From IMG/VR virus record IMGVR_UViG_3300020576_006344, positions 30,646 to 94,645 of that record: 64,000 nt of DNA. The stretch is one strand, 5' to 3'. Positions 57,417-64,000 of this stretch are shown one piece after another. A program made the translations under genes and the position numbers. Every line of letters begins with the position of its first letter. Position 1 is the first letter of the stretch. The stretch comes from a virus. Lineage: Duplodnaviria; Caudoviricetes. The notes under the pieces are model-generated. The model was not told the origin of the DNA. It worked only from the letters and a program-made list of their open reading frames with translations, and searched no databases.

Positions 57417-58232
57417 ATGAAGACTACCCTCAACTTCGGAGCACTGAAGGACACGATCACCAAGAAGGCGGCCATCGAATTGGCCCAAGAGAACAAGAAG
57501 TCCACATTGGTGGATTTCATGGAGAGCGTGCGGACCAGCCCGGTGCTGAAGAAGCAGTTCCTCGTTTACAAGAACTTCGAGAAGACAAAGCCTTTTGAGC
57601 ACACGCGTCTGGCTGAGCGGTTCATCGAACAGAACCTCCAAGCCCTCAGGGACGTACAGTGGGAGGACCTCATGGAACAGAACGCAAAATTGCGTCAGAG
57701 CCTCTTGGGAGGCCCCGATCAATGCACCGTCATGGCCAGCAAGGGCAATGAGGAGTTGTTCGAGAACATCAACACCATCATCGAGTCGAAGCTCAACAAG
57801 AGATTCACCAACATCGACGCCGACGTAAAGGCCTATGGCGCCTTGATAGAGCACCTCACACGCAAAGTGGAGGCCACGGAGATGAATGAGGAGAAGGAGC
57901 GCCCCAAGGCCAACAGGTTCTGGAAGTACATCACACAGAACGCGTTGGGGTATTTCAACGAACGCTTTGAGGCGTTGGACCCGGCTGAAAGAGATCTGTT
58001 CAAGATGATGATCAGCGAGCACAAGGAGAAGCACGAGGGTGTGATCAAACTGCGCGAGGACCTCATCAAGCTCATCGAGGAGAAGATAGCAGCCTCCAAG
58101 AGCAGGGAAGATGTGGTGATACTGGAGTCATTCAGGCAAAAAGTGGACAAGCAGGTCGGTGAGGACAAGATGATGAGCGATGAGTACATCATGTCTTGTT
58201 TCGAATTGAAGAAGGCTTTGATGGAGCGCTGA
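57417..58232 (+). CDS. Hypothetical helical protein of the head module
   Basis: 271 aa; TATTTA 18 nt upstream. Confidence 0.75.
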   Translation: MKTTLNFGALKDTITKKAAIELAQENKKSTLVDFMESVRTSPVLKKQFLVYKNFEKTKPFEHTRLAERFIEQNLQALRDVQWEDLMEQNAKLRQSLLGGPDQCTVMASKGNEELFENINTIIESKLNKRFTNIDADVKAYGALIEHLTRKVEATEMNEEKERPKANRFWKYITQNALGYFNERFEALDPAERDLFKMMISEHKEKHEGVIKLREDLIKLIEEKIAASKSREDVVILESFRQKVDKQVGEDKMMSDEYIMSCFELKKALMER

Positions 58233-58278
58233 CTTGGTTGCGGAGGCGTTTGTTCGTATATTTTACAAACGCATAAGC

Positions 58279-58761
58279 ATGGCAAGGTCAGCGAGGGATA
58301 TCAAGGTCAAGAAAGAAGAGTTGTCGAACGACAGGGTCGCCGTACAGATAGGGGCCATGGAACGTCGCGATTCTCCCAATACGATATACATATCGATGGG
58401 CTTCTGGACCAAGCCGATAAGTGAGACGCTGAACGCGCGCACTGTATTGCACAACGAGATCATTGAGTGCTACGACAGGATCAATGATGCTCATCTCTCC
58501 AATGACACGATGTTCCCCAACAAGGTCAACAACATCTTCATCGTGAACCTGCCGGAGAACTTCAACTACAACGAGAAGCGCAACTACGTCAACGTGGAGT
58601 TGTACCTGCACACGAGGAACATCCGTGGCGCTGGAATACCTCTGGTGGCGAAGAAGGAAAACGAACTGTACGCATCAGCGTTGAGAGTGGCCGAGGCGTT
58701 CGTCAGCAGTGATCTCATGACGGAACAACGTGGCTTCGAAGTACGGCGGTCCAACCGCTGA
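58279..58761 (+). CDS. Hypothetical protein
   Basis: Start ATG 58279, preceded by TTG-N20-TATATTTT. Confidence 0.72.
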   Translation: MARSARDIKVKKEELSNDRVAVQIGAMERRDSPNTIYISMGFWTKPISETLNARTVLHNEIIECYDRINDAHLSNDTMFPNKVNNIFIVNLPENFNYNEKRNYVNVELYLHTRNIRGAGIPLVAKKENELYASALRVAEAFVSSDLMTEQRGFEVRRSNR

Positions 58762-58790
58762 TGTAGTCCCAACATAGCCCCGCGTGCATG

Positions 58791-58820
58791 AAGGCCCCGT
58801 CAATGGGGTCTTTTCCTTTC
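58791..58820 (+). terminator. Intrinsic terminator
   Basis: AAGGCCCC-GTCAAT-GGGGTCTT followed by a T-rich tract. Confidence 0.7.
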
Positions 58821-58843
58821 TATTTAGAGGAAAGCTATAGTGC

Positions 58844-60691
58844 ATGAACATTTTTGTTGACGACGGCATGGCCAAGAACGTGATTGGTGACTCCGACAAG
58901 TACATCATCAGCGAGTTCTACGAATTCGGCGCATCGCGCGAGATGATCATGGAGGCTGAAAAGAACTTCCAGCCCATCATCATGCAGGGCATCATGCAAA
59001 AGGCCAACGTGCTCAATCGCAATGGTCGTGTGTATCCCCGTGAGATACTGGAACGCGAGGTTAACAAGTACATGGAGTCCGTCCGCAAGAACATCGCCAC
59101 AGGCGAGCTTGACCACCCAGACTGCCAAAGTCCTGATTCTCAGATACTTACATCACATGGATGGAAATTTTGGAAGGATGTTTCCGATGATGAGGTCGTT
59201 GCCACATTGAACGTCGACACCAGCCAGATCGAGTACCAGAAGATCGAAAAGAAAATCGATACTCCTTACAAAGGAGAGATGTTCCACTTCAAAGGAAAGA
59301 ACATCGATCAGATGGTTACACCGAACCATCGATTTCTTATCGAGGACAGACGTGGCAAGCGCTTCTACAAGACTGCCGCTGAACTGTTCGACTATCGCGA
59401 CAACAAGTGGAAGATCCCGAAGAAGGGAGAGTGGGTAGGCGAGGAAATGGACGCCTTCACCATCCCTTCTGTTAAACCACACAGCAATTTTCCGCCGACA
59501 TGGTTCTCAGATAAGTGTGATGAATCCATATCCGTAAAGGCGGAAGATTGGTTCGAGTTCATGGGGTGGTACTTGTCGGAAGGAACCTCATCTGGTGTAG
59601 ATGGAGGAGACTTCAAGCAAGGAAGACAGTATATCTCCAAGATCACTCAGAAAAAAGAGAGTACCAAAACAGAGATAAAAGCCTTGTTCGACAGGTTGCC
59701 ATTTGATAAGCGCATTGTGGATTATGGCGATGGAAAAGTAGACTTTGTCTTTACGGACTTGCGCCTACATTCTTACCTGTACGCGCTCGGCAACTCCCAC
59801 AACAAGTACATCCCAGAAGAGATGAAGCAAGCTTCGCCTCGCTTGCTGAAAATCCTCTTCGATGCCTTCATGAAGGGCGACGGCAGGAATGTGAGGCAGG
59901 GGCAAAATGGAGAATGGACGAAGAAATCCGTGTTCTCAACATCTGAACGCCTGATCCACGACCTGCATGAGATCCTGTTGAAGATCGGCGGTTGCGGTAA
60001 CATAAGCGAATGGCAGCCGAAGGACCGTGTGATCAATGAGTGGAAACAGGTCGAGCAGGAGGTCGATAATGGCGATGGTACACTGTCGCTTGTGATCATC
60101 AAACAAAAGGTAGCACGCGTGATCAATGCGGAAAGCTCGGTCAAGCAATACAATCTGAACCTATCATCGACTGATTACATATATCTCGACAAGAGAATGA
60201 TGACGATTGAAAAGGTTGACTATGATGATCGTGTTTACTGTGTGCGTGTCAAGAACGGCAATTTCTACACCATGCGTAATGGCAAGGCGCATTGGACCGG
60301 AAACTCCGCTATCGTATCACTATCGAACGTATCGCACAAGGTCACCGAGCTATGGTGGGAAGGCGATACGCTATATGGCAAGGTCCAGATAGCTGAGACA
60401 CCATCCGGAAACATACTCAAGGGGCTGCTCAAGTCGGGCATCCAATTGGGTATCTCAAGCCGTGGTGTCGGGTCAGTGAAAGAACATGGTGACAAAGCTG
60501 TTGTTCAGGAGGACTTTGAACTCATCGCATTCGACTTCGTGTCTTCACCATCCACGCCCGGTGCATGGCTGTTCCGCGAGTCAAAGCTCATGCGCCCATT
60601 GAAGGTCGGAGACGACAAGCACGTGGCCATGATGGCCAAGTACGCAGACCTCAAAGAACTACAGGGTAACAATTTCTGGAAAAACCTGTAA
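58844..60691 (+). CDS. Prohead core protease (T4 gp21-like) interrupted by an intein
   Basis: NRNGRVYP, GELDHPD|S, VSH, TPSG, GISSRGVGS, DFVSSPSTPGA. Confidence 0.95.
   Translation: MNIFVDDGMAKNVIGDSDKYIISEFYEFGASREMIMEAEKNFQPIIMQGIMQKANVLNRNGRVYPREILEREVNKYMESVRKNIATGELDHPDCQSPDSQILTSHGWKFWKDVSDDEVVATLNVDTSQIEYQKIEKKIDTPYKGEMFHFKGKNIDQMVTPNHRFLIEDRRGKRFYKTAAELFDYRDNKWKIPKKGEWVGEEMDAFTIPSVKPHSNFPPTWFSDKCDESISVKAEDWFEFMGWYLSEGTSSGVDGGDFKQGRQYISKITQKKESTKTEIKALFDRLPFDKRIVDYGDGKVDFVFTDLRLHSYLYALGNSHNKYIPEEMKQASPRLLKILFDAFMKGDGRNVRQGQNGEWTKKSVFSTSERLIHDLHEILLKIGGCGNISEWQPKDRVINEWKQVEQEVDNGDGTLSLVIIKQKVARVINAESSVKQYNLNLSSTDYIYLDKRMMTIEKVDYDDRVYCVRVKNGNFYTMRNGKAHWTGNSAIVSLSNVSHKVTELWWEGDTLYGKVQIAETPSGNILKGLLKSGIQLGISSRGVGSVKEHGDKAVVQEDFELIAFDFVSSPSTPGAWLFRESKLMRPLKVGDDKHVAMMAKYADLKELQGNNFWKNL
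59123..60304 (+). mobile_element. 394-aa class 1 intein with LAGLIDADG endonuclease
   Basis: Starts CQSPD; block B VTPNHR; FMGWYLSEG and FMKGDG; ends VYCV...WTGN/S. Confidence 0.9.
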
Positions 60692-60745
60692 CTGAACCGG
60701 AAAAGCAGTTTTGACCCTTATTTATTGAAAATCGACGAAATCGGT

Positions 60746-62083
60746 ATGAGCAGTAAGGACGCTATCAACAGAGCCAAACTGGAATTCGATTCCATCGTGA
60801 AGCTTGCTCAGGACAACATTCTGAGAGAGAGTGAAGAGAGGATCAACAAGATGATCGAAGAGGCCATCGATGAGGTGCAGAAGGAGGAAACGGCTGATGC
60901 TGTTGACGCCAAAACCGAGTCCGTTGAGCCCATCAACGAGATGATCAAGGTTGAGACCGACACCCAAAAGGTGACCATCGATGATGATGGATCCATCAAG
61001 AACGAATACAAGGAAAAAGAAGAGGGCGAGGAAGGTGCAGCGCCTGTTGATGCTGTAACGCAAAAGCCGGTTGACGCCGCGCCTGTCGTATCGACCCCGG
61101 CTGCCGACACCACTGTGGTGGACGCCGCTTCCGATGACGAAGAGATAGAGATCACCTCTGACGAAGATCCTATAGAAATCGCTGCTGAGGCAGATAACCC
61201 ACAACCTGACATGGACCAGAACACTCCTGCTGCGCCAGCGCCTGAGGCGACTCCGGCACCCGCTGCCGCCCCAGAAGCCGCCCCGGCTCAAGGGGGAGAC
61301 CTCGCACAGCAACTCGCTGACATCATCAATCAGATGATCGCACAAGCTACCGGTGGTGATGCCGCCAGTGGTGATGGCGTTGACATCGTTGATGATGAGA
61401 CTGGAGCACCCGCTCCCGCAGCAGCGGCCCCCGCTCCAGCGCCAGCACCTGCTCCAGCAATGGAAGAGGTGGTGGAATTGACCGAGGATGAGGAATTGGT
61501 CGAACTCGAACTCGAAGAGGACGAGGCGGTCATGGACGAAGTAAAGGCTATGGGCCAGTCCCATACCCTCAACAGGACGGCAGGTCCTCACACGGCCCCA
61601 GCGGTCGCGGTGAAGAACCGTACCCGTACCGGTGCAAAAGTGAATGAAAGTACTGATCAGAACAAGGCTCAATATGAGGCGAGCATCGCCGAGCTAAAAA
61701 AGGAAAACGCTAGTTTGAAGGGTCAGATAGGCGAGTATAAGACCGCCTTCATCGAGCTAAGGGAGCACGTGCATGAAGTCCAAGACTTCAGCAAGAAACT
61801 CTCTTTCGCTTACCGCGCTACCATGAATGGCGTGTGGACGGAAAAGGAAAAGCAACGCATCTCTGAGCGCTTCGAAGCTGCTCGTGACGCGGAGGAAGCT
61901 GCCAAGATCTACAAGGAGATTATGAGCGAGAACAAGACCACTCAAGACAAAGGAGTGATCAAGTCTTCTATCATTCCGGTAGTGAAACCGAAAACCGAAG
62001 CTATTTACGAAAGTGCCGAAGTAAAGCGTGCCAAGAGATTGGCAGGCATCGATGGCCCAGACCCCGACTCACTGATCGGATAA
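60746..62083 (+). CDS. Prohead scaffold/core protein (gp22-like position)
   Basis: Acidic, Ala/Pro-rich, with a C-terminal coiled coil; lies between protease and MCP; start ATG 60746. Confidence 0.8.
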   Translation: MSSKDAINRAKLEFDSIVKLAQDNILRESEERINKMIEEAIDEVQKEETADAVDAKTESVEPINEMIKVETDTQKVTIDDDGSIKNEYKEKEEGEEGAAPVDAVTQKPVDAAPVVSTPAADTTVVDAASDDEEIEITSDEDPIEIAAEADNPQPDMDQNTPAAPAPEATPAPAAAPEAAPAQGGDLAQQLADIINQMIAQATGGDAASGDGVDIVDDETGAPAPAAAAPAPAPAPAPAMEEVVELTEDEELVELELEEDEAVMDEVKAMGQSHTLNRTAGPHTAPAVAVKNRTRTGAKVNESTDQNKAQYEASIAELKKENASLKGQIGEYKTAFIELREHVHEVQDFSKKLSFAYRATMNGVWTEKEKQRISERFEAARDAEEAAKIYKEIMSENKTTQDKGVIKSSIIPVVKPKTEAIYESAEVKRAKRLAGIDGPDPDSLIG

Positions 62084-62109
62084 ACTCAGAGTAAAACAGA
62101 ATATCAACT

Positions 62110-63753
62110 ATGGAACTTTTAAGAACAGGTAAGGTCGGACTGACCACCCTAAAGAACCTCGCCGAGCAGCGTAACGCTATCGTCGCGAACTGGGAAGAGT
62201 CCGGACTGCTGAAGGGTCTGAAGGGCCCCAAGAAGTCGAACATCGCGCAGTTGCTGGAATCACAGGCTGCCTCGATGCTGAATGAGGTGACCCTCGACGC
62301 TTCGGCTGGTCGCTTCGACACGGTGGCATTCCCCATCGTTCGTCGTGTATTCTCACGTCTGTTGGCCAATGAACTGGTCTCGGTGCAGCCTTTGGCTCTC
62401 CCGACTGGTCTGTTGTTCTACATGGACGCGAGAGTGTCATGGAACGGTTCGGACAACACGTTCGACACGCCCATCACGCGTGCTCAGGAAGTCGCACGTG
62501 CAAGCAAGGTGAACCCGAAGAACACGGCCAACAACCAAGGCGGCCCGACCTTCGCTGACACGACTGCCTACGAGCGTTTCTATAACAACCGTGGCTTCGA
62601 CTTGTCGTTCGGCACGGGTGAGACGGCTCTTGGCACCGCCAAGACCATGACCGTCGACAACTTCACGGGTGGTGTTTACGATCCCGGAGCGTTCACGCTC
62701 ACCGGTTTTGAAACGTCCAAGCAACAGTCTTCAGCTACGCTGAGGTTCTCCGCTGGAACGGCCATCTACTACAGCGCTGGTTCATCCAACATCTTGGTGG
62801 TAGCTGCGGGTGGAAACATCCCATTCTACTCCAACATCCAGTCATGGGGACTCGACCAATATGCAAGCTCCACGGCCAACGTGGTTCTTGACCTGCGCCC
62901 TGCCAGCGTATACGGCTCTGATTTCAACGCCTCGATGTTGAACAACGGCTCCGGCTCGTTCGGCGCATCGTACACGTTGACGGTGACCCCTGCCTTCGAA
63001 GTCTTCAACGACCTCGAAGCGAAGGGTGAGATGTCTGAGATCAGCATCCGCTTTTCCAGTGTGACGGTCAACACCATCACCAGAAAGCTGCGTGCTCACT
63101 GGACGCCTGAATTGGCCCAAGACCTTGAGGCCTACCACAGCATCGACGCTGAGGCTGAGCTTACGGCTCTTCTCTCCGAGCACGTTGCTGCTGAGATCGA
63201 CCGCGAGATCCTCACGGACCTCATCAACGGCGCACCGTTCCGCGCTCGTTGGGACTACCAAGGTTTGCAGAACAACGCGAACTTCTTCGGTACGCAGAAA
63301 GACTGGAACCAGACCCTCATCACTCGTGTGAACGAGTTGAGCGCCCAGATCCACAAGGCTACGCTGAGAGGCGGTGCGAACTGGATCGTGTGCTCCGCTG
63401 AGGCCGGTGCCATCTTCGACGACTTGGAGTACTTCCATGTTGACGGTAGCGCTTCTCCTGAGAACGAGAAGTACAACCTCGGAATCGAAAAGATCGGACA
63501 GTTGGGTAGCCGCTATGTGGTCTACAAGGACCCGTACCTCCCTGCGCAGATCGTCCTCCTCGGACACAAGGGTAACACCTTCCTTGAGGCTGGTTACATC
63601 TACGCACCGTACATCCCGCTGCAACTGACCCAGACGATCTACGACCCGAATGACTTCACTCCCCGCAAGGGCATCATGACTCGCTACGCGAAGAAGATGG
63701 TGAACAACAGGTTCTACGGAGTCGTGTACATCGACAACATCAACACCTACTAA
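62110..63753 (+). CDS. Major capsid protein (T4 gp23-like)
   Basis: FPIVRRVF...VSVQP..PTGLLFY, RKLRA.WTPELAQDL.A.H.IDAEAEL, YAPYIPL, FTPRKGIMTRY. Confidence 0.97.
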   Translation: MELLRTGKVGLTTLKNLAEQRNAIVANWEESGLLKGLKGPKKSNIAQLLESQAASMLNEVTLDASAGRFDTVAFPIVRRVFSRLLANELVSVQPLALPTGLLFYMDARVSWNGSDNTFDTPITRAQEVARASKVNPKNTANNQGGPTFADTTAYERFYNNRGFDLSFGTGETALGTAKTMTVDNFTGGVYDPGAFTLTGFETSKQQSSATLRFSAGTAIYYSAGSSNILVVAAGGNIPFYSNIQSWGLDQYASSTANVVLDLRPASVYGSDFNASMLNNGSGSFGASYTLTVTPAFEVFNDLEAKGEMSEISIRFSSVTVNTITRKLRAHWTPELAQDLEAYHSIDAEAELTALLSEHVAAEIDREILTDLINGAPFRARWDYQGLQNNANFFGTQKDWNQTLITRVNELSAQIHKATLRGGANWIVCSAEAGAIFDDLEYFHVDGSASPENEKYNLGIEKIGQLGSRYVVYKDPYLPAQIVLLGHKGNTFLEAGYIYAPYIPLQLTQTIYDPNDFTPRKGIMTRYAKKMVNNRFYGVVYIDNINTY

Positions 63754-63780
63754 GCGAAAGCTGAACGGCAAGACTAGAGG

Positions 63781-63808
63781 GAGCCCCGGCAACGGGGCTT
63801 CTTCTTTT
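63781..63808 (+). terminator. Intrinsic terminator after MCP
   Basis: GAGCCCCG-GCAA-CGGGGCTT plus CTTCTTTT. Confidence 0.85.
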
Positions 63809-63848
63809 GCCCTAATGTTCCTGCCAATTACTGCATCTATTTAGACAC

Positions 63849-64000
63849 ATGAGACTTAGATCTATCATACGAAGGATGCTTGCTGAGGCATACGGCAGTG
63901 TAGAATTTGAGACCGGGGCCAAAACCAGTGAGGCCAACCAACTCATCATGTTCGCCGACAACGATAAGGAAGTGTATGACTTCGCGTTGAGGAACCGTGG
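63849..64000 (+). CDS. Hypothetical protein (partial; runs off the window end)
   Basis: MRLRSIIRRMLAEAYGSVEF... open to the end; TATTTA 5 nt upstream. Confidence 0.7.
   Translation, partial: MRLRSIIRRMLAEAYGSVEFETGAKTSEANQLIMFADNDKEVYDFALRNR

Noticed and set aside
146-63792. Long antisense or alternative-frame ORFs (e.g. 1144..2115, 60722..61672, 62842..63792)
   Set aside because: They shadow well-supported genes and are expected from the strong codon bias; no recognisable motifs.
1-64000. Genome-wide TGA or TAG recoding
   Set aside because: TGA ends many complete genes, often in ATGA overlaps, and genes are full length under code 11. The in-frame TGA at 3349 is a local case.
1-64000. CRISPR array, tRNA/rRNA genes, DGR/retron reverse transcriptase, integrase or transposase
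   Set aside because: No regularly spaced repeats, cloverleaves or RT/transposase motifs seen by eye; a dedicated scan would be needed to exclude short elements.

Overview
This window looks like part of a large T4-like ('far-T4'/jumbo) myovirus genome using the standard genetic code. The host is probably in Bacteroidota, inferred from TTTG-N19-21-TAnnTTT[G/T/A] promoters and the lack of obvious Shine-Dalgarno sites. In order: (1) a recombination block with Mre11/SbcD, Rad50/SbcC and a RuvC-like resolvase (1-4.7 kb); (2) a baseplate/tail module with tail-collar-like, P2 gpI-like, Calx-beta, gp6-, gp25- and gp5-like genes (4.8-30 kb); (3) a sigma-factor-like gene; (4) a ~16 kb glycosyltransferase/methyltransferase/sugar-enzyme cluster (31-47.5 kb); (5) thioredoxin, acidic head-associated proteins, PhoH with a class 3 intein, a free-standing NUMOD3/Vsr-like endonuclease, another GT and a large vWA protein; (6) the head module with an intein-containing gp21-like protease, a scaffold and a gp23-like major capsid protein. 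The most unusual observations are: an Mre11-Rad50 fusion broken by a single in-frame TGA inside the nuclease domain, with an acidic tail and basic head at the break; a tail-collar-like domain split over separate genes; a TATTTA motif 5-21 nt upstream of many virion genes; shared short motifs in head proteins; and two structured intergenic regions. All family assignments come from motif recognition by eye; no searches were run.
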